Source of the DNA: an uncultured bacterium
GTDB lineage: Bacteria; Bacillota_I; Bacilli_A; RFN20; CAG-826
Reading direction: 5' to 3'
Assembly: GCA_949297305.1 (NCBI GenBank)
Contig: CASFSG010000025.1
Coordinates: 12,574 to 76,573 of the forward strand
Length of the DNA: 64,000 nucleotides
A program made the position numbers and the translations under genes. A model generated the notes under the pieces. That model ran no database searches and was not told where the DNA came from. It saw only the letters and a program-made list of their open reading frames with translations. Shown here in pieces: positions 9,360-18,306 of this stretch. Position 1 is the stretch's first letter. Every line of letters begins with the position of its first letter.

Positions 9360-12002
9360 TTAGTCTAAAGATAAGTCGTCATCAAAGATGGAAATTTGTT
9401 CATAATTTTCTTCCTGTTGTTCATCCTCATGATATCCGTCATTTTTTACTGATTGCTCATTTTCGATGACATTTTGTTCTTCGCCTAGCTTAGAGGTAGA
9501 AATATCAGGTTGATAGCTTTCGATTTTATTATCGATATAAATGCCTTTTTCATCATAGACAAAATCTAGCGAGGCACGATGAGGAATTTTTAAAATTTTT
9601 CGCGCGCATTTATCCATTGGAGTCAAATGGAAGTCATCGACATTAAATTCGAAATAATTTTTATCGCTTAGTAAGGCACGAATGAGTAAATTATCTTCAT
9701 CTTTAGCGATTTTCATCACTTTAATAAGATGCTGAACATCGCTTTTTAAATATTTATATAAGGAAAATGGTCTTGCTAAACGGTTAGTAAGTGGCATATT
9801 AGCAATTTCAAAGATGCGATAAGAACCATTATCTGTTATTAATAACAGTTTTTGTCGCTCTTCTTTCTTGAAGGCTAATACACTAGCGATGGTCGCATCG
9901 TTTCTTAAAGATGACATCGCTTTAATTCCACTGCTTTTTAATAAACTAGGCGAAATTTGATTTTCATTAAAAAACGAGGCATAACCTTCGCTAGTTGCAA
10001 CAAAGATGTTCGAATCGCCTTGCGAATAAGTGACATCGCTAATTTTATCATCATTAAATAAACGCATTGCCGTAATTGGGCGATTATAACGCACAACATT
10101 AAAATTATTCATCGCTACGCGTTTAATTTGTCCGTGCTTAGAAACTAAAACGAAATATAAATCTTCGCGAAAATTATTTAAGACAAAAGCCTTAACGATT
10201 TTATCTTCAGGCTTTAAGGAAATTAAATAATTAATATGCTTGCCTTCGTCTTTCCATTTATTTTCCTGAATTTCATAAACTGGTATGTGTAAAAAATTAC
10301 CGGTTGAAGTAAAGGCAATTAAATAATCGGTCGTTATTGCTTTGCCAATATAAACAATCGCATCACCATCTTTTAAACCAGGTAAAGGATTTTCGCCGCT
10401 CGAGCGATAAGATTTAAGCGATGATCTTTTTATATAACCATCATGCGTTAAAGCAATCATCGTCTCTTCTTTAGAAATTAAATCGCGACGATTGAATGTT
10501 TTAGTTTCTTCTTTATCGATGATTTGAGTTAAACGAGGACGACCGTATTTATTTTTAATTGTCATCAAATCGCTGATTAAGAGGCGACGAAGTTTTTTCT
10601 CATCGTCAAGTAAACTCTGCAAATATTCGGAATCCTCGAGTAAAGAATTCTTTTCATTTTCTAAAGTTAAAATATCGGTATTAGTTAAACGATAAAGTTG
10701 CAAAGAGACAATTGCCTCGGCTTGCTCTTCGTTGAAACCAAATTCTTTTTGGATATTATTTTTTGCATCACCTTTATCTTTTGAGGCGCGAATGACCTTA
10801 ATTAAATCATCGATAATTGAGATTGCTTTAATTAAGCCAATAACGATATTCAGTCTTTTTTTATTGATAGCTAATAAAAAGATGCTTCTTTTAGTTAAAA
10901 CGCTTAACTGATGATTGATATAACAATCGATAAAATCGATTAAATTCATCGTTTTAGGGTGACCTGAAACAATCGCAACCATATTGGCAGAATAAGATGT
11001 TCTTAAAGGTGTTTTATTCTTTAAATATTCTAAAATGATATCAGCTTTAGCTTCTTTTTTTAAATCGACGACGATACGAAAATGCTTGAGATCGCTTTCA
11101 TCGCGCACTTCGATGATGCCACTGACGGAGCGATCGAAACGCAATTTATCAATTTCGAAGGCTAAATCTTTCTTTTGAACTTTAAATGGTATTTCGCTAA
11201 TTACAATTTGGTTAATATCTTTGCCATAGATAATTTCAGTTTTCCCCACTATTTCAATTTTGCCGCGACCCGTTAAATAAATATCTTCGATTCCTTTTGA
11301 TTTATATATTAAACCACCGGTAGGGAAATCTGGACCTTGAACGATGTTTATTAGTTCGTTTATCGCACAATTTTTATTGCGAATGCGATAAATCGTCGCT
11401 TCGATAATTTCACTTAAATTATGCGTAGGAATTTCAGTTGCTAAAGCAACGGCGATGCCATCGCTACCATTGACGAGCAAATTAGGAAAGCGCGAAGGCA
11501 AAACGGTTGGTTCATATTGGCTATCATCGTAAGTTAGTTCCATATCGATTACATTTTTATCGATATCGCGAACCATCTCTTCAGCAATTTGACTCAAACG
11601 CGCTTCGGTATAACGATAAGCGGCGGGACCATCACCATCAATCGAACCTTTATTACCTTGAAAGTCAATTAAAGGATGATTTACTTTCCAATCTTGCGCT
11701 AGCCTCACTAAAGCATCATAAATCGAAGTATCGCCATGCGGATGATAATGGCCCATGACATCACCGACTATTCGCGCACATTTAGTGCGTTTAGAACTAT
11801 ATGTTAAACCAGCTTTTTGCATGGCGTAAATAATTCTTCTTTGAACCGGTTTAAGACCATCGCGAGCATCAGGAATAGCTCGATCTTGAATGACATATTT
11901 AGCGTAGCTAGCATAGCGGCTACCCATAATATCATCGAGTGGTTGCTCTTCGACGATTTCATTAAAGTTTTCAAATTCTTCGATTTGCTTTTTCTTAGCC
12001 AT
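9360..12002 (-). CDS. parC: DNA topoisomerase IV subunit A
   Basis: [24 protein letters not shown]..., [11 protein letters not shown] with the active-site Tyr. No GyrA-box (QRRGGKG) is visible in the C-terminal domain. plsY lies divergent to parE, as in Firmicutes. Acidic C-terminal tail. Confidence 0.8.
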   Translation of the reverse strand: MAKKKQIEEFENFNEIVEEQPLDDIMGSRYASYAKYVIQDRAIPDARDGLKPVQRRIIYAMQKAGLTYSSKRTKCARIVGDVMGHYHPHGDTSIYDALVRLAQDWKVNHPLIDFQGNKGSIDGDGPAAYRYTEARLSQIAEEMVRDIDKNVIDMELTYDDSQYEPTVLPSRFPNLLVNGSDGIAVALATEIPTHNLSEIIEATIYRIRNKNCAINELINIVQGPDFPTGGLIYKSKGIEDIYLTGRGKIEIVGKTEIIYGKDINQIVISEIPFKVQKKDLAFEIDKLRFDRSVSGIIEVRDESDLKHFRIVVDLKKEAKADIILEYLKNKTPLRTSYSANMVAIVSGHPKTMNLIDFIDCYINHQLSVLTKRSIFLLAINKKRLNIVIGLIKAISIIDDLIKVIRASKDKGDAKNNIQKEFGFNEEQAEAIVSLQLYRLTNTDILTLENEKNSLLEDSEYLQSLLDDEKKLRRLLISDLMTIKNKYGRPRLTQIIDKEETKTFNRRDLISKEETMIALTHDGYIKRSSLKSYRSSGENPLPGLKDGDAIVYIGKAITTDYLIAFTSTGNFLHIPVYEIQENKWKDEGKHINYLISLKPEDKIVKAFVLNNFREDLYFVLVSKHGQIKRVAMNNFNVVRYNRPITAMRLFNDDKISDVTYSQGDSNIFVATSEGYASFFNENQISPSLLKSSGIKAMSSLRNDATIASVLAFKKEERQKLLLITDNGSYRIFEIANMPLTNRLARPFSLYKYLKSDVQHLIKVMKIAKDEDNLLIRALLSDKNYFEFNVDDFHLTPMDKCARKILKIPHRASLDFVYDEKGIYIDNKIESYQPDISTSKLGEEQNVIENEQSVKNDGYHEDEQQEENYEQISIFDDDLSLD

Positions 12003-13947
12003 TATTAATACCTATTTCAAAATTATCGATTTCAGAAAAATCGACATTTTCTTCAACCCATTTTCTTCTAGCAGCAATATCTTTACCCATTAAAACAGAG
12101 ATTCTTTGTTCGACAACAAGAGGATTATCGATGCCAATTTTTAATAAGTGACGAGTTTTCGGATTCATCGTCGTTTCCCAAAGTTGAGCAGCGTTCATCT
12201 CTCCTAAACCTTTAAAGCGTGAAACCGTCGCTCCGCGACCAACTTTCTCTTTTGCCTGCTTTAACGACTCATCATCCCAGGCGTACTCAAAAATTTCTTT
12301 ATGATTAATTTCTTTTGAAACGCAATATAAAGGCGGCATAGCTACATAGAGGCGACCACTTGTGATAATTGGTCGCATAAAATTATAGAAAAACGTTAAT
12401 AACAATGTCTGAATATGGGCACCATCAGTATCAGCATCTGTCATGATGATGACTTTGCCATAATGCATATCCTCAACATTGAAGTTTTGCCCATAACCAG
12501 CCCCGATGGTGTTGATTAAAGTTGCAAACTCTTCGTTTTTTAACATGCGATCTAAAGTGATGCTATCAGTATTTAGAGGTTTACCTCTGAGAGGTAAAAT
12601 AGCCTGAAATAAACCATTTCTTCCAGTGCGAGCGTTCCCCCCTGCCGATTCGCCTTCAACAATAAATAATTCATTATGTTCGTAGTTTTTCGATTGTGCA
12701 GGAGTTAATTTATCAGAAATGATCATTTCAACTTTTTGTTTTTTATTTGAACGCATCTCTTCCTTAGCTTTTCTAGCAGCAATTCTTACTTCGCTACTAG
12801 CGACGCACTTTTTAATTAAATTGATGGCAAACTCTTTGTTTTCCGATAAATAATAAGTGAAATTAGAATAGACAAAATTATTGACAATTGTTTGAGCTTC
12901 CGGCGTTCCTAATTTGCCTTTAGTTTGTCCTTCATATTCGAGAATCTCTTCGGGAATTCTTAGAGAAACAATTGCGGTTAAGCCTTCGCGGATGTCACTA
13001 CCCTCTAATTTCGTTTTGCTTTTGAGTAAATTATGTTCGACCGCAAAATCATTTACCGCGCGTGTGATGCCGGTTTTAAAACCGATTTCGTGCGTTCCGC
13101 CATCTTTAGTTCGCACGTTATTAGCGTAACTATAAATCGATTCATTATAATCGTCATAACAATACATGAAGGCAATCTCCATTTCGATATTATTTTCTTT
13201 GCCTTCATAATATATCGAATCACCGATTTTGCGTTTATTTTCATTCAAAACATTTAGATATTCTAAAATGCCATTCTCGTAATAATATTCTTCTTTTAAA
13301 TTTTGCCTTTCGTCGATCGCTACAAATTTAACACCTTTGAGAAGAAAGGCTTTTTCGCGGAGGTGATTAGAAATTGTATCCCATTTAAAATCGACGGTTG
13401 AAAAGACATTTGGATCGGGCTTAAAACGAACGAGAGTACCGTGTTTTTTAGTATTGCCAAGAACCTCTAGAGGAGTTTTAAGTTTTCCGCCATTTTCAAA
13501 ACGCAGATGATAGATTTGTCCATCGCGATAAACTGTGACATCGCAATATAAGGACAAAGCATTAGTGGCTGTCGCACCGACGCCATGAAGGCCACTGCTA
13601 GTTGCATAAACTTTACTTGAAAATTTGCCGCCACTATGTAAAGTAGTAAAAATTAATTGTACGGCCGGAACGCCGGTCTTTTTATGGATATCGACAGGGA
13701 TACCTCTACCCTCATCCATAACCGAAACCGATCCATCTTTATGAATGATGACTGTAATCGTTTTGCCAAAACCCGACATCGCTTCATCGACAGCGTTATC
13801 TAAAACCTCCCACACTAAATGGTGAAGACCGCTAGCGTTAGTCGAGCCAATATACATCGCTGGACGTTTTCTAATCCCTTCGATGCCATCTAAAAGATCG
13901 ATATCATCAGCGGTATATCTATGTTCATTATTATATTTATCAGCCAT
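11995..13947 (-). CDS. parE: DNA topoisomerase IV subunit B
   Basis: GHKL ATPase motifs (LHHLVWEVLDNAVDE, DEGRGIPV, GLHGVG). Toprim motifs ELFIVEGESAGG and IMTDADTDGAHI. The gene overlaps the parC start. Confidence 0.8.
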   Translation of the reverse strand: MADKYNNEHRYTADDIDLLDGIEGIRKRPAMYIGSTNASGLHHLVWEVLDNAVDEAMSGFGKTITVIIHKDGSVSVMDEGRGIPVDIHKKTGVPAVQLIFTTLHSGGKFSSKVYATSSGLHGVGATATNALSLYCDVTVYRDGQIYHLRFENGGKLKTPLEVLGNTKKHGTLVRFKPDPNVFSTVDFKWDTISNHLREKAFLLKGVKFVAIDERQNLKEEYYYENGILEYLNVLNENKRKIGDSIYYEGKENNIEMEIAFMYCYDDYNESIYSYANNVRTKDGGTHEIGFKTGITRAVNDFAVEHNLLKSKTKLEGSDIREGLTAIVSLRIPEEILEYEGQTKGKLGTPEAQTIVNNFVYSNFTYYLSENKEFAINLIKKCVASSEVRIAARKAKEEMRSNKKQKVEMIISDKLTPAQSKNYEHNELFIVEGESAGGNARTGRNGLFQAILPLRGKPLNTDSITLDRMLKNEEFATLINTIGAGYGQNFNVEDMHYGKVIIMTDADTDGAHIQTLLLTFFYNFMRPIITSGRLYVAMPPLYCVSKEINHKEIFEYAWDDESLKQAKEKVGRGATVSRFKGLGEMNAAQLWETTMNPKTRHLLKIGIDNPLVVEQRISVLMGKDIAARRKWVEENVDFSEIDNFEIGINNG

Positions 13948-14051
13948 TAAACAATCCTACAAATTTTCTAACCGAAGAAATTATAACAAATTTTAGTTTT
14001 AAAAGTAATAAACTTTTAGTAAAATTATTCAGGTAATAACAAATCAAAGCA

Positions 14052-14780
14052 ATGGATGTCATTTTATACAATATATTAATCGGTTTAAGTTGTTTCTTTG
14101 TGGGTTATTTATTTGGCTCAATCCCTTTTGGGGTGATTGTTGGTAAAGTCTTTTATAAAAAAGATCCCCGCGATTATGGTAGCAAAAATAGCGGCGGCAC
14201 GAATGTTGGCCGCGTCTTTTCAAAAAAAGCCGGCGTATTAACGATAATTTTAGATATGCTAAAGTGCGTCATCCCAATGTTATTAGCCTTCTTTGTCATT
14301 TTATATACGCCACTAAAAACTATTTTAGGTGAAGATTGGCTCTTTGATGATGGAATTATTTATTATTATCTAGCACCGCTTGGGGCAACAGTAGGTCATT
14401 GCTTCCCCTTGTTTGCTAAATTTAAAGGCGGAAAGATCGTCGCGAATCTATGTGGCTTTGGTTTAGCAACTTCTTGGCTAGTTTCTATCTTCGGTATCAT
14501 CACCTTCTTTACAACTTTAAAAACGACTAAATATGTTTCTTTATCAAGCATATTAACTTCCATAGTTGGAACAATAGTCGCCTGGGCTATTGCTATCCTA
14601 AATTTATATTATCCTGCTATTAGTAATTTGTTCATGTGGGGTAATGGCTATTTTGTCTTACCAGGATTTGAATATGCAACAACTTTGACCATCATGACTT
14701 TCATCACGATTATCCGTCATCATACTAACATTAAAAGATTAATCAACCATGAAGAAAATAAGGTCAAATGGTTAAAATAA
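14052..14780 (+). CDS. plsY: glycerol-3-phosphate acyltransferase PlsY
   Basis: GYLFGSIPFG, GSKNSGGTNVGR and GHCFPLFAKFKGGK motifs. Polytopic. About 242 aa, somewhat longer than typical PlsY. Confidence 0.85.
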   Translation: MDVILYNILIGLSCFFVGYLFGSIPFGVIVGKVFYKKDPRDYGSKNSGGTNVGRVFSKKAGVLTIILDMLKCVIPMLLAFFVILYTPLKTILGEDWLFDDGIIYYYLAPLGATVGHCFPLFAKFKGGKIVANLCGFGLATSWLVSIFGIITFFTTLKTTKYVSLSSILTSIVGTIVAWAIAILNLYYPAISNLFMWGNGYFVLPGFEYATTLTIMTFITIIRHHTNIKRLINHEENKVKWLK

Positions 14781-15101
14781 ATAGTATTAAATTAGTAGTT
14801 TTTTAGTTAATATTACTTTGGTGCATAAATTATAAACATAGCCGTAGATAAAAAAATATTTATAGTTATTATCGAATGTTTTGATTGACATTTTTTAGTT
14901 TTTCCACTTAGTTGTGTAAAAATAGTTAGCTTACGCATTATTGCTCGACTTAGAGGTCACTACCATAGGTAATAATTTTATAAATTTTGATTAAACTATT
15001 CTTGATTTTGTCACCAAAATTATGACTAAAAAATATTTTCAATTTAGTAAATTTAACATTAATTTTATTTAAATCTATTGGTCTGATTTTATAGTATTAT
15101 T

Positions 15102-15617
15102 TTAATAGCAAATATAAATAAGATTTTCTGCAAACATAAAGCCATATCCATCTTTATCGAAGACGAATGGTCGTTTATCTTCCGCAATATTTAAGATATT
15201 TCCATGGAAAGCGAAACCTAAATCGCGCATTTTAAAATAGATATCATAACGGTCGCTAGTAAGGCTTAGTCCATAAAAGGTGATATTAGGATCAGTAATC
15301 ACAATATCACTAATGCAATAATCATTACTCGCGTTTCGATAGGTTAAATAGCAGACATATTCCTTAGGAAGATATTCTAACCCGTCATCTTTAATAACGA
15401 ATTCATAACTAACATCAAGATAATGTGGAATAATGTCACCTTCAATTAGAAATTCAGCGCACGCTAAATTGAATTCCTCTTCTTTAATTGTTTGATTAAT
15501 CCAATAACTAAAATTTGCGTCGCTTGGCTTATTAGCAACATCGACATGGTTATTATTACAAGATGATAAAATGGGTATTAACATCAATAAAGGAATAAGC
15601 TTATCTTTAATTTTCAT
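15102..15617 (-). CDS. small lipoprotein, paralog B of the island pair; unknown function
   Basis: The track ORF starts at a TTG (15632). ATG at 15617 gives the canonical signal MKIKDKLIPLLMLIPILSSC (lipobox ILSSC). The mature part aligns with the 15607..16017 product (KPxDxNxxYW, YxFxI..G.E..P..YV.Y, I.I.DP.I..Y, M.D.GF). Confidence 0.7.
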   Translation of the reverse strand: MKIKDKLIPLLMLIPILSSCNNNHVDVANKPSDANFSYWINQTIKEEEFNLACAEFLIEGDIIPHYLDVSYEFVIKDDGLEYLPKEYVCYLTYRNASNDYCISDIVITDPNITFYGLSLTSDRYDIYFKMRDLGFAFHGNILNIAEDKRPFVFDKDGYGFMFAENLIYICY

Positions 15618-16017
15618 ATATTCTTTGAACAATTATTGTTTTTCCTTTCTTAAAATAAATTGATAAATAGCCATTATTGCCGGTATAATCATAAATTCCA
15701 CCACCTTCAAAGCCAAAATTATCCAACATAATTGAAACTTTCATTGGGCTAGAATTAAGACAAAAATTATATAAGACAATCTCAGGATCTTTAATCTCAA
15801 TTGTGTCGATGACACCATTTTCAATTTGATAAGAAACATAAGTTTGAGGAAATTCTTGTTCACCTTGTTCATTAATAATAAATTGATAATCTCCATCTAA
15901 ATAAATATTGCTATCGAGATATTGTCTTGAATCATCAAAACTAACCTTTTCACCAAGCCAATAATTTAGATTAGTGTCCCGCGGCTTTTCTAAGTGATTG
16001 CAACTAGAAACACTCAT
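15607..16017 (-). CDS. small lipoprotein-like protein, paralog A; its export signal is cut off by an in-frame TAA (possible pseudogene or cytoplasmic restart form)
   Basis: 136-aa ORF starts MSVSSC. The same frame upstream reads ATG(16056) MKKILLLILPL-TAA(16021..16023)-A-MSVSSC, which is a complete lipoprotein signal peptide apart from one stop codon. Confidence 0.6.
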   Translation of the reverse strand: MSVSSCNHLEKPRDTNLNYWLGEKVSFDDSRQYLDSNIYLDGDYQFIINEQGEQEFPQTYVSYQIENGVIDTIEIKDPEIVLYNFCLNSSPMKVSIMLDNFGFEGGGIYDYTGNNGYLSIYFKKGKTIIVQRIYEN

Positions 16018-16020
16018 CGC

Positions 16021-16056
16021 TTAGAGGGGTAATATCAATAACAATATTTTTTTCAT
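16021..16056 (-). other. detached signal-peptide fragment (MKKILLLILPL-stop) of the paralog A lipoprotein gene
   Basis: ATG at 16054-16056 is preceded by GGAAG 8 nt upstream. Eleven sense codons are followed by TAA at 16021-16023, in frame with the 15607..16017 ORF. Confidence 0.7.
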
Positions 16057-16059
16057 ATC

Positions 16060-18282
16060 TTATGCTTCCATAATAGGACTTACACAATAAAATCCTACAA
16101 AATTTGTATAATTTAATTCATCACTATATTTGCGATTACATGTTTCTGGATCTAATATTAATTCACTACTATAATCTAAATTTGTAACATCGGTCGTTCC
16201 AGGCTTATGCGACCATGTACCATCGGAATTTTGACGATAAAAATGAAAATCATAATCTGGATTTATATTGCTGCCAGCAAAATTAACATCATCAACCACT
16301 AGAGCGATTTTATATGTACCTGGAGGGCAAATTTCGTTTTTATTAATCTCTTCAAAATAAAATTGATATTCAATCGAATCTGCTCTAATCAAATTAACAA
16401 GAAGTTCAATATTAGGGATATCTAGAACATTAATTTGTCTATCCAATGATTGGCCAGGAATGAATAATAGATTTTCATATTTCTCATTCGGATTCCTTTT
16501 CGCGTTTAAAGCATAAGAATAACAATTTGTCCAACTTGGAAGAAGTCCAGTATTCCACTCCCAAGGAAAATAATCTAATTCATAACAAGATAATGGCATA
16601 TTATAGTTAGATACATAAAATTTAATATCTCCAATGCAAATACGGCCTTTATTGTTATCGCCTGTATGTTCACCATTATAATCAGAATAAAAGCGAATAC
16701 GATATGCAGGTTGATTAAATTCAATTTCATAAGTAGTAGGATTATTTCTGTCGCGAGGCAAAGCTGTTTCTGGTGATAATAAGTCAAAAATAGGGATCCA
16801 AGTTCTTCCGATATACTGCTGTAATACAGCGTTTCCATTGGTATCATCGAGCAATTCACTAGTTAATTCTCTCCAGTGAGACAATTCAACATCCATTCGT
16901 GTTATTGCTCTTGGAAATCTAAATTCAATAAAGGCGTAATCAATGCCATTTCTAATTGGTGACATCACGATATATTCATTATGGATATAACCAGTACGAT
17001 ATCTTCTAGTTTCAAAAGTAAAACCATTTACATTATGTTCAATGTAATTCTCTTTGATATCATCGGTGACAGGGTAAGCGTCAGCAAAGCCGTACTCGTC
17101 AGGATGGACGATTGAAATTGCATAATCATTTGGTTTGGTGAATTGTTTTTCACACCAATAAGGGAAAGTTGGTCCAGAAACGGTTGCGGTAAGTGATAAT
17201 CTAATATAATAGATGCTACTACTATTGCTTAAACGAGCGTTATGCCACTCATCGCTAGTTAATGTCCATTTATTTTGGTCAATAGTCCTAGAAGAAGGAA
17301 CATTTTTGTTATTATCTAATATTTCAAAAACAATATAAGTGTTATATTGGATAAACCATTCCTCTTTAAACAAACTATTCCATTCAAATGTCGGCCTAGA
17401 TGTAACATAGTTGCCACTAGTTAATTCAATATTATTTGGATATATTAAATGAGACGCATTATAAAAAGCATCTTTAGCAGCTAAATTCATTGGGAGATTT
17501 AATCTTAAGGTCACAGCATATAAAATTTCGGAGTAAGTCAAATCATCCAAAGTTACATGCGTTAACGCTTTATTATTTACACTATCTCGCCAACCACTAT
17601 GAACATAAATATCTCCAGTTAAAAAATTATAATCATAGGCAATTACTGCATGAGCGGCAGTTGTCGTAGTATTTTTAACATACAAAAGAGTAGGAACGCC
17701 ATCTTTAATATTTTCGATTGTGTGTGCTTTTAAATTTGCCATGTATCTATTTTTGACTTCTACAGATACTTCGCTAGTTGTAAAATCGTTATAATCATAT
17801 AAATAATATTGTAAGAAACTTTGAAGTTGAGAAATATTTAAAGAAAGATATTCTTCATCCATCGAATCAAAATATAAGTAAGTAAAATAATTTTTTGCTA
17901 AGTCAATGAGCTTAGCTTGAAAATAAACACCACTATTATTGGCTACCCATTCAAAATATTCACTTTCTAATAATGCGCTTACCGAATTCATCGGTTCAAA
18001 TTTAATACCAGGAGACGGGGTAGATAACGGAATTAAATAAAATGAATTGTTTATTTTATTTGAATTAAATGTAGCATTTTGTTCATAAACATTCGGAACG
18101 AAATTATCATCCCAATATGTGTCATAATAACTAAGTAACATTCCAAGTGAAACAAAAGCACATGTACCGTGAGTGTTATTGCCAAAATTATTTTTTAAAT
18201 TAAAGAAATAATGCGACGCATAATTATCTTCTAGATATAAAGTATTATCCTGCTCAGTAATTAAAGTATTAAACAAAGTCAT
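16060..18282 (-). CDS. large exported-type protein with an N-terminal clan-CA cysteine-peptidase-like domain (C39-like/C10-like), central beta-rich region and a second C-terminal Cys/His module; signal peptide detached by an in-frame TAG
   Basis: 740-aa ORF. N-terminal HGTCAFVSLGMLLSYYD (Cys41, codon 18160-18162), AAHAVIAYDY (His211) and VHSGW resemble YvpB/C39-like or streptopain-like peptidases. C-terminal WTNCYSYAL (Cys587, codon 16522-16524) and DYDFHFYRQNSDGTWSHKPG (His680, codon 16243-16245). The domain family is recalled from motifs, not searched. Confidence 0.65.
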   Translation of the reverse strand: MTLFNTLITEQDNTLYLEDNYASHYFFNLKNNFGNNTHGTCAFVSLGMLLSYYDTYWDDNFVPNVYEQNATFNSNKINNSFYLIPLSTPSPGIKFEPMNSVSALLESEYFEWVANNSGVYFQAKLIDLAKNYFTYLYFDSMDEEYLSLNISQLQSFLQYYLYDYNDFTTSEVSVEVKNRYMANLKAHTIENIKDGVPTLLYVKNTTTTAAHAVIAYDYNFLTGDIYVHSGWRDSVNNKALTHVTLDDLTYSEILYAVTLRLNLPMNLAAKDAFYNASHLIYPNNIELTSGNYVTSRPTFEWNSLFKEEWFIQYNTYIVFEILDNNKNVPSSRTIDQNKWTLTSDEWHNARLSNSSSIYYIRLSLTATVSGPTFPYWCEKQFTKPNDYAISIVHPDEYGFADAYPVTDDIKENYIEHNVNGFTFETRRYRTGYIHNEYIVMSPIRNGIDYAFIEFRFPRAITRMDVELSHWRELTSELLDDTNGNAVLQQYIGRTWIPIFDLLSPETALPRDRNNPTTYEIEFNQPAYRIRFYSDYNGEHTGDNNKGRICIGDIKFYVSNYNMPLSCYELDYFPWEWNTGLLPSWTNCYSYALNAKRNPNEKYENLLFIPGQSLDRQINVLDIPNIELLVNLIRADSIEYQFYFEEINKNEICPPGTYKIALVVDDVNFAGSNINPDYDFHFYRQNSDGTWSHKPGTTDVTNLDYSSELILDPETCNRKYSDELNYTNFVGFYCVSPIMEA

Positions 18283-18306
18283 CGTCTCACTATCGGTTAA
18301 ATACGC

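Noticed and set aside
12914-13257. Cluster of short ORFs (71, 74 and 63 aa) inside parE. Similar antisense or alternate-frame ORFs occur at 6384..6611, 7958..8233, 11507..11758, 11817..12008, 22085..22282, 26560..26816, 27323..27661, 28380..28808, 32320..32751, 39156..39371, 40605..40871, 41404..42127, 45857..46219, 50165..51012, 54191..54382, 54559..54744, 56129..56437, 57041..57265 and 63468..63680.
   Set aside because: All are nested within, or antisense to, strongly supported conserved genes. They lack start contexts and give compositionally odd peptides, so I treat them as frame shadows.
9360-13947. Possibility that this type II topoisomerase pair is gyrB/gyrA rather than parE/parC
   Set aside because: The A subunit shows no GyrA-box in its C-terminal domain, has the ParC-like AQDWK context, and the pair lies divergent to plsY as parE-parC does in Firmicutes. 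Phylogenetic placement would settle it, so residual uncertainty is kept in the confidence scores.
16575-16859. 94-aa same-strand alternate-frame ORF inside the 740-aa island gene
   Set aside because: It is nested in another frame of a much longer ORF, with no RBS and a hydrophobic shadow translation. An overlapping gene cannot be formally excluded, but nothing supports it.
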